A stretch of DNA of 64,000 nucleotides, taken from contig JAYWIR010000011.1 in the NCBI GenBank assembly GCA_036172245.1, positions 3,658,001 through 3,722,000 on the forward strand, written 5' to 3'. The stretch comes from Raillietiella orientalis. Its lineage: Eukaryota. A model generated the notes under the pieces. It did no database searches, had not been told where the DNA came from, and was given only the letters and a program-made list of their open reading frames with translations. Below are positions 51,451 through 64,000 of this stretch, piece after piece. Both the position numbers and the translations under genes were made by a program. Positions within the stretch are counted from its first letter, which is position 1, and every line of letters starts with the position of its first letter.

Positions 51451-54349
51451 ATACTCGTTAGCTAGCTTCATCAGTCCTGGAAACGGAAACACCAGATCCA
51501 GCGTGTAATAAGACCGAGGATGAGAACGTTTTCACCAGTCTCAGGTTCAACGCTGGCACCGGATGTCGCAAAACTGGGACGTAAACCTGGTCTCGACCGC
51601 GGGCTAATGATAGTGCAGTGACATTTAAAACATGCGCTGTCCAAACTTGCTGATAAACTCGCACGTCATTAAACTGCTAATCAAATATGGACATACGCAG
51701 GCGATGAGACGTTTATCCCGCATTGGACTTTTGCAGGAAGAAGTTAGGAAACAAAGGAGCCCTCTGTACGAATCGCGCTGGATGACGACTTGAAGACCTT
51801 TGCGAGAGGACAGGATGCAGTTCCGAGCTTCCGGGTGAGCCTCGAGAAGGCTAACTCGATCGAAAGTCGCTAGCATCAGCATGGAAGCTGCACATCTTGA
51901 GATTTAGAAAATGAACTCGGATTGGAAGCTACTCGATCATCCTGATGAAGTGGAGTTTTCTTCTTAGCATGATGGCAGCCCGAAGCAGTCGTTTCCGAGC
52001 AGGTGGCTTTGAAGTTTCCTGATGTGCGGTTCAAAGTGCACATTCATCCTGAAAAAAAGAAAAAAAGAATAAAAACCATTTCGAAGAATCCATCATTGAT
52101 CTTCTCCTCCTGACTTCCGCTTCAGTTCCTGCTTGCACGGAACTGGTTGCAGAAATTGATGGATGCCTCCTTTTGGAATACCGCGTCTACTTTCCTGCTA
52201 AATTGTTTGAAGATGAAAATCCCTTTTTAGAATCCTTCCGAAAGTTTTCCTTCCTTAAGCATCGATGCGCATTCCTCCACTTCAAAATCAGACGCATCAA
52301 ATCTCAGGGATTGAGACAATGAGACGAGCTTTTCCTCTGCTCGCCTGATCTTTGAGCAAGTCTCATCTGAAAATCAGGAAGGTGCACACAATCTAATGTT
52401 GTCATGAGTTTCTCCGACTTTTGCGGATGCCTACTGAAGATATAGCCCCAGGTCATGTCGCTTCCTGACTCCCAATTCACTTATGCTCTCATTTGATCCT
52501 GCTTGCCGAAATATTATCCGATTTTCACCGTTCATAGAAAGAAGCATTTCTTTCAGAATGAAAGCTTTCAATCGACGAAGTCCAAGGTAAAGCTCTTTTT
52601 CCGAATGGTTTCAACGATGCTGAGCGCAGCGACTGGACGGATTTCATCTTTCTGTTCCCGTCGTCCATCATGCTGCAGAACTTCTGACCTTTTGAAAGAA
52701 TTCCTTGTTTAATTCCAGGGAAGCCTCGTTTCAAGTTACACCCACAGTGCTTACCTTATTCATTAACAGGCATTTGCTTTTATGCCTCTTTTATGAATCC
52801 AATACCAGGAATCCCAAATAGACAGTGTGTTCGGGTTCATCTTCGGGTTCATCTTCTAAGGAAGCGAGATCATCACCTGCCGAGTTCCCGTCACTGAGGA
52901 CAATTTCATCCAATCAGTCGGAGGATATCCTAGCTGCTTTTCATCGGAGCGGTCTAGAAGGAAATGGGTGCACCTGCAATCATATGCTCCTCCCTAGTTC
53001 TTATAGGTAAGCACTCCTCCAAATCTTTCTTGAGCACGGAGATTTCTCTCAAAACCTCACCTAAGAGTTCTGAGAGAGCACAGCGGTCTGAACTACCGAA
53101 TGTTTCTTCCATTTCCTGATTTGATTTGCATTTACTTTTGCAAGATGGCCTTCATCTTACAAAAGTAGAATCCATTTCTCCGTGGAATGTGAAAGTACCT
53201 TTTTACCTCAATGGTTCTGTACCAATACCTGATCTCACAAGAGCAATTGAATATCGTGCTACAGAACAAAAATTCCCCTTTCCTTGTGAAAATATAGGTG
53301 CAACGCTTTCGGTGCTTGAGTATGAAGCTTTTTCCTAATGAATCGAGTTGATCTTAAAACAGAGCAAAGCAAGTTGATGCTCCGCTTCAAATCAAGCGCG
53401 TCTTGAGAGAACAGAAGAGCCAATCTTGCCCATGCTTCCAGCTCCAAGTGTTCAACCGTCGGCATGAAATGCAAAGTTCCATAGCCAAAAAAGTCCTACT
53501 GATTGCTGTGGATTGCGAAGTTTTGCGTCGAAAAACTGGAGTTCGCTTGCATGCACTGTGAACGCGTTTTCCAGGCAATTGACGCCACCTATTACGACTT
53601 TTAAAACACGCGCTTGCTGTGCCTCAAACATTTCGGCAGCTGGAAATGGCCTTTTGAAACATCCTAAGCTGAAATAATTCATCCGCAACGTTGAGCACAA
53701 AACTTGTTGCTCCTGCACAAGGATGATTGCATCTTAATCAACTGTCTTCATCGTAATTATGCGATCACGAAGACAAAGAATGTCCCCGCCAAGTGAAAGA
53801 GAGCCTTGCGAATCCGAGGCAAGAGGATCTTCGCACCCTGTAGATCATGCAGATTTCGTATTCGCTTCTCTTCTCTTTTCTTTTTTGCAAGAGGATTCCA
53901 AAAGGAGCGCGCGCACAGAACAGTGGAGGTGAAAGTACTTTTGCTGGTGTTTCCTAAATGAAGCTGCTTTTCATTCGCACGCATCTCTCCGCTTAGCCTG
54001 CGAGCACGTGCAGTCGAAGTTTTCCGTCTTTTTCTCAGCCAGAAGGGCAGCAAGTCTGCTTTGCTTTGTTTTATCCGAAATATTGCATATTAGCATGCTG
54101 CAGGCTCCCGGAAGCTTCATTTCTTCGTCATTCGCCACAAGAGGTTCCAGAAAGAATTGATGGTCACGTGGAACGCACAGATAAACCCAATATTACGTAG
54201 CCTTCCGTGCTTGTTCTTGATGGGATCTGAGAGCAGTTTCACTTGGTCCTGCTTACTCAGACTGGTCAGCATGATTTGATTCTTCCATGTAATTTTGTAT
54301 GTCACATAGTAATTCCTCTGAGTAACCGAACGTAACCACCACCACCACG

Positions 54350-56130
54350 AAGAGAAGTTGTCCCGCTTCTACCTTTGCCACAAATGTAAAGATGAAACCA
54401 GGACGCAAGTGGAATTAACTTTCATGCTGATGAAAAAAATGGAGCTGAAAGAGGAGGAGCCACGAAGGTGGAACTTTGACGATTGGTATTTATATGAGGC
54501 TTGCTCAACATCTTTCCTCTTGAACATGGTTTAGGGGTTAAGGACCTAAGGAAGAAGAGAACGAAACTTATAGGAATCCAGCAGCATAGAGATCGATCTT
54601 TTCATCGAGCTACGAACCGGACTTATGTCCCAAAGCAGTCGTCGATCTAGAGGAAGCTCTGAGCAAGCCGTTTCGGCGTGAATTTCTGCAGTCTCTAGAG
54701 ATCTAGAAATCTATTTGGAAGAGAAAAAGCATACCTTGTGCAGACCGACAAATAAATTTCCATTTTCTACTAGTTGGCTTCAATGAAAAATTAGATATCG
54801 GGGTTGAGCTTCCCTATAGACAGCAAAGGAATTTTGGCTGGGCATTAAAGGAATCAATGAGCGGAGAGGGGTGACTCAGGGGTGCCATAGTGGCGCCGCC
54901 TGATGAGGCAAACACCACTTCTGAGAGAGACAACTTTCGCGTTTCCGAGGAAGCCCATTCCGAGGACTGCAGTCATTCTGCTATCCTCTCATTGCACGCA
55001 GGCTCGTTCGTGGGGCCGAAGGAAATCCGTTTTCCAGTCGCTGGTTCTCGGCACGCCTCTGGTGATTCGGTGTGCTAGGTAATCAGTCCTGATGCTCTTC
55101 GCAGTGGATTTTGAATCTCGGTCTTCTCTTTTTGTCCTTAGATGGTGAGCTGTGTACTCACGCTAGCAGGATGACGTGGTATGCGACATTGCACCATCCG
55201 CAACTGAGAACAGTTTGCAACCAGGCGTTGCCATTGGTTGCAAAACTGTTTCACCATGAGCAACGTATGAGAGGGAGATTCGCTTGCAAGACAAGATGAC
55301 TTTGGAAGCATTAGGCATCCAACTCTTGGATCCTGGAGACCGAAGCCAACATCCGCGACGTGATGAAGGACAGCTATCAGAAAGAAGACGCTCTCGCCAG
55401 GGCTGCCAACCGCTGCAGGACCCGGACGGTGAACCTGCAAGCGGTCGGAACACCATTCTTCAGGAGCGACCTTCCACCAGGCACTCAGGACGACCCCCCA
55501 CCGTTCTACTATGAAGGCATTATGAGTGAAGCAGGCCGCACACTAGACTGAGAACATCCTAGATGAGCTCTGCAAGGCATGTGGCAGCAAGGAAACCGAG
55601 CTTCATGCTCTCACCTGCCCGAGGATGCGCCAGAGTTGGACCACGCTGAAGGCGGTGAGCGGCATGCAGAGGACCACAACAGTGTGCACATCTTAGCGAG
55701 GATGTTCGACGGGAACGCAAATATCCCTCGCTACAATCCCATGGTTCGGGCCACCACCGCCCTCTTCATCAAGGTAAGCGTCGTGATAAGGACAAAGATG
55801 AGGAACTCGAGAGTTACTGTCCCCGCCATCAACATATTACAAGAACTAATGAAGCAAGAAACAGGGATCAGGAACTGCGGCAGGATGTCCGCTTGGACGT
55901 ACCGCTACATCTTGCAGAAGATCGCGGACGTGACCCGAGCGATTAAACCGCCCTCCGGCCCCCAGCGACCCCGTACACCGATAGTGGCATTGAACAGTGA
56001 ACGTGCTTAAACAGTGAACTGTGGAAATTCACAGAGGGGGAGTGAGCGAATGGATATGATTTGTTGTCACTGTAGCATTTGTTGTTGATCGGTAAACTCA
56101 CCCCGCCACTTGTCGGACCTGGGGAAAAAC
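54350..56130 (+). mobile_element. L1-like relic (RT remnant and C-terminal CCHC)
   Basis: VVDLEEAL, RGVTQGCH at ~54.87 kb, LCKACGSKETELHALTCP at ~55.57-55.62 kb. Confidence 0.65.
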
Positions 56131-56442
56131 GCGACATAGCACCGTCCTAGTGGAAATGAATGCTGCTTCTTACCTCTCAGATGAACGAGTCTGCGGTTGC
56201 TTGCACGAATTCGGTTTCGCCCAGACCATCTTTCCTTTTTCAGCGCGCTGCGAAATTTTATGGGATCCAAGCACACGCTGCTGCACATCTGTGCCATCCG
56301 GTTACGCCGAAGCGCTTGCTGCTACCAATGACAATAAAAGCAGACACAGATAAAACATGAGAATGTCTGCATGCTTAATTGGATAGGACGGTAGTCCCCA
56401 CTGTTGCAAGAAGCCCCCTAACTTGCCAGTGGCCTTGTGGCT

Positions 56443-57300
56443 GTTTCTCACCCGGGTGAGCCGGGGTGCTTATTCCTAAACTATCCAGGAACAAAGTTAA
56501 GGGGTACAGAAAGGGTACAGAAAAACCAAGGGAGGGAACCCCGACACGCAGGTTCGTACAACTGAAAGTCCGGAACAGGAGGGAGAGGATCAATAGATAT
56601 ATCAAAAAATATAAATAAAAATATGGAGGGGGGGGGGTCAGGGACAGGGGTATTTGGCTTGAACCGTTCCTTTGTTTCAGAACCGGCGTTGGATGCCAGA
56701 GATTTCCTTCCTCGCGTCTTCTGGAAGATGAGGCTACCTGGCAGTCAACGTCATGCCTTCGTCGGCTAAACTGGTGGCTCCTAGTAAAATCGTCTGCGAC
56801 TCCAACCGTAGGCGGGCTCTGACGATGGTGCAGATGCAACAGATAGTTGCGACGACCGCACCTAACGGCAGGCCGCCTGGCGTGAAGAAGCGGCACATCA
56901 AAATCCTTGCAGTGTCCCCTTGGTGGAGGAGCGCTGAAACCAGCCTCCGCCACAGTCCTTGGAGGACATAGCAGTCGAAGAGCAGGTGCGGGAGCGTTTC
57001 CGCTTCTCCGCACCGTCCACAGTTCGGGAGGCAACTCCCCCGGAAACAATGTTCTCGAGCTGGTTGCCATGGAAGCCCCAATGCACCAGCAAAAGTACGC
57101 CCTGTTTCCAAAGCAGGAGGAACAGTGAAGTGTTCACGCACGAGGGGGGACCACGTGGCCTTGTGGCTGTGGTCTCCGCGCGTGATGCCAAGCGTTGCGG
57201 GAACGAACTCCACCCGACAAATGATCGACGCCAGAGAAATGAGTACGTCATGGATTTGGAGTCCTCCACAGAAGATGACGCTGGTTGGCCCATTCGTGTG
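56443..57300 (-). mobile_element. L1/Tx1-like 3' fragment, family B
   Basis: NCGRCGEAETLPHLLFDCYVLQGLW zinc finger; 3' UTR and terminal hairpin at 56449-56474. Confidence 0.82.
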
Positions 57301-57304
57301 AGGC

Positions 57305-59260
57305 AGGTTGACACCCGGTCACGCCGGGGCGCTTATTTATAAAATAAGCATGCATACCTGTGGCAGGACGTTTGATCCTGCCACATTACCTATGACTACG
57401 AGAAGGAACCTGCTGGGATCTGGCACACAGGTCAGCGGGTTCGCCTTGGCAGCACAGGGGGAGGGGAGGCAAACAAAAGGAAAAAAAATAAGACGAAAAA
57501 TGCAGTCAAAGAATGGAATGGTTCTCACAGGGACCACTGTGTGGTGGAGGGCGTCCTCTGCATCCTTGTAAGAAGAATGCTGGCAAGTTCCTCTTTCAGA
57601 ACTCCCAGATGAGGCCTTCTTGACGCTATCCTCATGAAGAGGACAGCAAAGAGGATGTCGTCCCTGTCGTTTTCGCCTCCTCTGGTGTTTCTGCTCCATG
57701 CAGCCACGGTCCCGCCGCGAGGGCAGCAAAGTGCCGCTGGGAATGCGGCCGGCGTGAGGGTATCGCGCAAGAAGAGGCACTTCGAAACATCTCTGGGGTT
57801 GCCCTCGGGGATCCTCAGGGACGCAGCAAAGCGTCCCCAAAGAGTACGGGAGGCAACACAGTCCACTAGGAGGTGCAGGAGGAATTTCCGCTTCTCACAC
57901 CTGGCGCAGTTTGGGTCCATCCCTCCCCCCCCGTGTCCAATGATTCCAGAGGGCATTGCACAGGAGGTCCCAGTGCAACAGCATCAATACCGACTCTCGA
58001 TATTTAAAGGGAGGGTGCGGGTGTTGATGAGAACTGGAAACCATTGCAGGTTTTCCTCTGGACTACCCAATAGCACGCCCCGGTGCAAAAGTCCATGAGG
58101 TCGAGCAATCGGGGTCTCAGCGTCGGTGAATTGGCCCGTCGTCTAGTCGCCTAGTCACTTTCTCCTTCCGGAGGTTTCCATAGTAACCTCATTTTGCCGT
58201 AAGGTGCTCTCCAAGTGTTCCCTAAGGAAGGGCAGCGCGGCGGCGAGGGAGGTTCTGCTTGACCACACACTCTTCAAGCGATCTTCCAGCATCTCCTGGA
58301 TCGTGCAGTTGTTCTTACGCGCATAACGAAAACGTCGCATCTGTTCCGCTCTTAGCTCCTGGGTTCTCGTCCACGTGCGGGCGGTTTCCTGCAACCAGAC
58401 ACGACCGATCGAGGGGTGCTAGGCATCTGCCGGAGCTGCAGTGCGCAGTAAGAGAGGCTACATCGACGGTGTGGATGGAAGAACGCAGTCCCTACGCTGC
58501 CGGTGGCTTGCTGGACGAGAAGACATACAGGTTAGCACCAGGTAATGCTCCATAGTTTTACGATGATGACAAGTGTTTGAAACTGGAACTGCAGCTTCAT
58601 TCGCTCCAGCGTCAGGAGACCTAGACCACCGTCGCGGCGCGGACCACACAAGTCCCTTAGGCGGACTCGGGGTCTCCCTTCGCCCCAGAGGGCTATCCGG
58701 AGAAGGGTGAGTCGTTGGTGGAAGCCGGAAATCGGATGACCCGATGGGTGACCAGGAATCGAAGCTGATCCCCCGGGGTCCTTCCAGGAATCAGATAGTC
58801 GGTTCCGTTTGGGGTTTCCCTCCGCTTGTTACGCAGACGTCTTCTCCCCTTCGGAGGGGATACCCATCTCGTTCCATGGAGCTAGTGAATTGAAACCTCT
58901 CCAGAATGTCAAGAAGCATGCTGCTCTCTTCGAGGAGAGCCAAGAGGGGTAAAAAGGAGCAGATCCCTTGGGAAGGCACCCTCTGGAGAAGAAACAAGAG
59001 TGGCTCCCACAGACAGAGGTTCCCTCCGGAGAGAAAAAGGAGGAGGTTTTCTTCGGATTTCCCTATCAAGCATGAGAGAAGAAAACCCCTTCCTCCGGAG
59101 CCATCCTGCATTCATGGAGTGGTCGCCTCCCGCTGCAACCCCTATAACTTGAGAGTTAACACGTACCCTCGGGTGGCGTGGTAGTGTTGATGTGGTCTCT
59201 TAGACGATCTGTTCTTGAGTATTTAGCTAACTTGCCGGTGGGAGCCACCTCGGAGAAAGA
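57305..59260 (-). mobile_element. Near full-length family A element (~1.95 kb): 5' UTR, gag-like ORF1, zf-RVT/CCHC, 3' UTR; no APE or RT
   Basis: ATG ~59115, knuckle remnant TCHHRKTMEHYLVLTC, basic ETSGRRK, then TTGQFTDAETPIARPHGLL and CARCEKRKFLLHLLVDC; terminal hairpin at 57312-57337. Confidence 0.7.
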
Positions 59261-62200
59261 ATGGAAGGAAAACCAAACAAAAGCAATCCAAAACATGCTA
59301 CTTTGCGTGTGTGTGTTTGTGTGTGTGTATGGAAGGGGAGGGGGAAGGGAAGGGACAAGAGAAAGAATTGCTAATATTTATTAATTGAGATTCATAGTGT
59401 ATTTCTGATTTATAGTTATCAAGAGATTCACCACTTACATCCTTCTTATCACCGAGAGAGACAATGATGCAATGGAAAGCATGCTGGAAGGGACCGTCCG
59501 TCTTTTCCTTTCAGTGCGTTGAGGAAGAGATGCGTGTCTGCCCAACCGCGCCGTCCCCATCTGTCTGAAGCAACGAATATCGATCTAAACTCATGTCTAT
59601 TGATCTGAAAATTGGGAGTGAAAACTGGTTCCTCGGAATGAATCTTCTGAAGACCAAATACGCATTGCACGCAACCGGTTTCCATGGGCGTCATCTCGAG
59701 TGAGAAGAGTGTGTGCCAAGGCTCGCTTCTTCTGAAGACGAGGATAGCAGCCTAGACAAGTTTCCGGGAAGAGCTGCTGCTTTTTCGAATATCCTCGAGT
59801 GGTGGAATCTGCCACGATGCTCACGTGCCTTTCAGTTTTCCGTGAATCTGTGTAATCATCCGTTCTCATTGCCGCTGGAGCTCCTTGGGCCGGCAGACCT
59901 GCGGAAAGGCAGACTTGTGGAAGCTGCCGCTTTCAGTTGCCAGGGAGACAAACCAGCATATCTAAAACCCATCAAGGGTCACAAGTTTAGAACCCATACC
60001 CATTCCCTTGCACCTTGATGCGTCAATAGCTGGTACTCCATGCTCTGTGTACGGTATCTTCAAATGACCAGCCACTTCGAGGACCGCTGCATCATAAGAA
60101 CAGCATCCTAAGTACATTGCTTACATCGCCAAATTGGACTTGAGTCTCCTACGTGCCGGGACTGCAGGCGACGAAACGCCTGAAGGGCGTACCAGAGTCT
60201 CTGCAGACTGCCGCCAGCAGGCAGATTTGCCGGTCAGATGGCTTTATTGTTTCTCCTCGATGGTGTTTCCGATGCTGTAGCTCTTCGTTTCTGCTCTCTC
60301 TCCATGGGGTTGCCAGGCACGTCCATACCTACCTGATGCGATTAGAGTGCGTTCACAGGATGCGGCGAGAACTATAGCTTGAGTACTGTAGCTCTCTCCG
60401 TCGTCACTGACTTCGACTAGACTCCTGCTTCCGGAAAACCGGGCAGGCCTAAGAAAATACGTTCTGGATTCTCACCCATGACGCATCAACAAGGAGGGAG
60501 GATGAAACTAACGATCTTCAAACATGAACTGCAAGAGATCTTCATTCTTTCTTCACTCTCATTCATGATGGTGACGGGTAGATATCATTCTCCTTTTTTT
60601 GCCTATCGTTGGGGTCGCTACAGCGACGTAGCTAGAGGGAACTCCCGGGAGCTTTACTGCAGTTCATTCGTGCAAGGAAGCCACGGATGTTGAATCCCGA
60701 GTGTCCACCACTCCAGAAGCTGAGCTGAAATTCTTCTATTGCGGAAGATGCCAAAAACGATTTTTTCCTTTGCCTGGACCTGGGAGCACCTGGTGGAACA
60801 TGGAATTTCGAAGAATTAAAAGACTATAATAGTTCAACTACAGATGGAACAGATCGATAACTCAATCTTATGTTTGCACTCACACTGCGGAAGACTTCCT
60901 GGTTCCCGCAGCACATTGGGAGATCTCGCAACTAATCTCTCTTATCCCTAATCAAAACGTCTCTTGCTCCTTCTCTTCCGACATAACCATCCAGTCTTTT
61001 GCTTTAGGTTTTGAAAAGTCTCAAATCTGAAATCGATTCAGAGAGATCCCGCTGGCACAGCTAACGAAGATCCTCACCGAAAAGAACACTTGTGGTAAAT
61101 TGCTTCCGATGCTCCCTTGTTCCATGTGGTAGGCACTCAAGATTTTTCTATAGCATTTTACACAGGAGCACGAGCTGCTTGGAAGATTCTGTGCTTCGAG
61201 ATCGTCCGGGCAACTGGCCATTCCAAATGCAGAGACAGCGTTTGGTGTTCTTTGGAAAGACAGTTTTCAGGAAATGCGATACGCTTTCAGAGAACTGGAA
61301 AGAAAGGGTAGGTTCTGCCCAGTGGGAAAGTTCCAAGATGCGCCCTACTTGGAAAAGCCCTATCCAAAGTAAATTTTCAGAAAGGAATAAACTACAGAGA
61401 ACACAGGAAGGAGACGGTTACTAATGCGACTAATGTGATACCATGAAAATTATACCGGACGTGTGCAGAGCTGCTAAGGGAAAGTTCAGGATGGGAGCAG
61501 CTGCCCCGTATAAGAACTTGCATCAGATATTGAACAATAGAATTTGACGACAGCTGTGGAATCACCTACTCGGAAAATCAGGCGGAAAGTTGGGAAGTTG
61601 GAATCAGGAGGAACTCTTAGCCGTGGTCCCGTATGTTTCTTCTGCACAACTCTGGGAGAGTTCAAAGAAACCGCTCGAATTGCAGGAGTCGAAAGCAGAA
61701 TCTCACTTCATTTCTGCAGAGCCTGGATGTTCGGTTATGCAAGGCTGAAATGGAAATGCAGTTCGGGGAACATAACTCCGCCATGGTGCTAAGCACGAAT
61801 CGGAACAGTAAGAAGTGCTCACGGAATGAGGCACATCTCGGGAGTAAATTCGAGATCGTGGTTGGAGTTGAGGGAGCACTTGAATCAGATAACAAGCTGG
61901 ATTAACCCGCGCTGGTTTGCCGACTGATTTTAGTGGCTTCTGAAGCAAAAAAACAAACTGAAAAGCTCAAGCGGAAATTGAGAACAGCCTTGAGCGGACC
62001 GTTGGTATAGTAGGTAATTTGGGCAGTAGTGTCTTCGGATCTGTGGTTCCCAGTCTGAAGCATCGATTCTCAAGATGGCAGCATTTCATGATAAGAAGAA
62101 AAGAACCGGCAATGCATTCTTTTTTTCCTGGAGAGAAACTTACATGGTTCTTTTCTCTATCTTTCAGATGATGCTGTGAGAAATAGCCATAGGATTGTGA

Positions 62201-62599
62201 AAGCACTGGACTCTCACGTGATGCACCACGATACGGAGGGCCCGCATGAATCTGAAATTTTGCAGCAGCGATATGCTAACACCAAGGTGAAGACGACTAA
62301 ACCTTAGCTTTCGACGAAAGTTGAAGATCTCGAACTGAAGTTGCAGATCAGTTGTTTTTCATCACTTCCCGGCATTTTGACAAAGATCAAAGTGGAAAAG
62401 AATGCCGCAGGATGGGAGTTGGTGTCGTCAACAAGACTGTGCCTCAGTCCGATTCCAGCCCGAGACCGGATCCGCTGTTGTAGGAGGCGAATCGTGTATT
62501 TACCCTCAGAGTCTCCTATTTCTTCGAAAATAACGGTTCCAGTGGATTCACCAATCCGCACTGCCTTTTTGTTTTCCTTTTCGAAGGAATAGCGCGACC

Positions 62600-63100
62600 A
62601 GGTAAAAACGTGCTGCCAGTTCTCGGTGCTGGCTCCTTGCGCCTTGCCACTTCTGGAGCAACAACTACAGATTCGCAGGGCAGGCAACGATCAGTGAGAT
62701 ACCCCTCTCGTCTCCGTAGAGCACCAGATCTAGACGCAAATTGGAATCCGTCACCGTAGTAGGTTGATTTCTGGGTCATCGGCCTGCTTTTCTCCGTTAT
62801 CGAGTTCGAGTTGCCTCCGGGCTGGCTGAGGAAGCGCGTGAGAGATTTCTTTCCCGTCGTTCAATCTCTGCGCACACCATCGGTGCCGTCTTTGGTGAAT
62901 TGGTGCAGTTAGTAGATGGAGCTACGCCCCTTGGATCAATCGGCAGTTCCCAAATCCTCAGTGACCTCTATTAAACATCGAATGTGCAGACACGGGGTGC
63001 TCCCCGACCAGGAGCGTGATCTTCCGCTGGTCAGAAACTCGCTGGTGGGAGCACGACTTTTTCAGACTGGGAATGATCGTCTTTCTTTGTTGCCAACGAC
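62600..63100 (-). mobile_element. Highly diverged RLE (NeSL/Utopia-like) fragment
   Basis: Across frames: GFGNCRLIQGA*LHLL, RRH-DGV, NLRLDLVL, LPCES..ARRK. Confidence 0.5.
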
Positions 63101-63364
63101 CCACCGGTGCCCAAGAGCGTTTTGTCTTCTTCCTCTGACGTTCAACACTGAAAATTTAGCAGACACTCAACACTTTTGATCCCGGTATAATCCCCCTATC
63201 CATCCACCAACAAGGACTGCATTCCTCTTGTCTCTCTATCTGATATTAACTCGGTTAGAAGGAAAACTAGCCACCACAGCATGCATCCTAAGGTCACACA
63301 GACATATTTTACTCACCTAGTAGGAGGAAGGTGGACTCGAAGGCAGACACCTTCGGCAACAAGG

Positions 63365-64000
63365 AGAGAGTCGAGTGTTTGCGGAAGCACAGTCCCATTC
63401 ATCCTTCATTTTACTTGGTAGTAATGAGAAAGATGGCTGGAGAACTATTTTAAATCCGTGAATTTTGAAATTACGTCTCTATATATTCCTCTGAGTTTGA
63501 TTTTTGTAAAACGGAAAGAGTAAGGTATCTCCCTGTGCTCCTGGAATGTTGCTCTAAGTGGAGTCCTATAAACGTTTCGGCTGATACGTTCGAGGAAGCT
63601 ATAAGTGTTCAAATCAAACCTAACAGCATGAAACAGTGTTAAACAAATTATTCAATTATTTGCAGCTGCTACCACCCAATTTGCAAACAGCTCCAGATGA
63701 ACCGCTGTACATACATTCAGACTGCTCATCTGAATGCTATTGCAGCAGTTAAGCACACATTAGGTACATGTGCATGCCTGGATGAATGTCTTTTTAGGGA
63801 AGATGTTGATAAAATAGCAAACCAAATTGCCATTTTTAGGAGCTATTTAATTTTTTTTTCTGAATGAAATTCGAATCAAGATGTCAGAATATGGCACAGA
63901 TGTTTCATCACTGTAAAGACACTAAGATCTAGAAATGATTCTGCGAACATGGCCCTTTGCTATGCAATGGGGCTGTGCTTCCGCAAACACTCGACTCTCT
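63365..64000. mobile_element. TIR-bounded non-autonomous DNA element (MITE-like); right end cut by the window edge
   Basis: agagagtcgagtgtttgcggaagcacagtcccatt (63365-63399) is the reverse complement of 63966-64000 with one mismatch; AT-rich non-coding interior. Confidence 0.75.

Noticed and set aside
52830..52856. 12-bp direct duplication ttcgggttcatc
   Set aside because: Ordinary slippage duplication

Overview
Eukaryotic (probably arthropod-type) genomic DNA. One intact host gene is visible: DCAF10/WDR32 on the minus strand (2126-3992), split by four very short GT-AG introns (44-51 nt). The rest (about 6-64 kb) is almost entirely decayed mobile DNA. It holds many frameshifted L1/Tx1-like non-LTR relics, three NeSL/Utopia-like restriction-like-endonuclease (RLE) element fragments, a TIR-bounded element at the right edge, and interspersed degenerate coding-like sequence I cannot assign. 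The most interesting signal is a multi-copy ~2 kb element family in which a gag-like CCHC ORF1 runs directly into a zf-RVT/CCHC C-terminus with no endonuclease or RT between them. It ends in AATAAA plus a conserved bulged hairpin instead of a poly(A) tail, and two copies look like 5'-inverted (twin-priming) insertions. All homologies were judged by eye from translations, and relic boundaries are approximate (about +/-100 nt).
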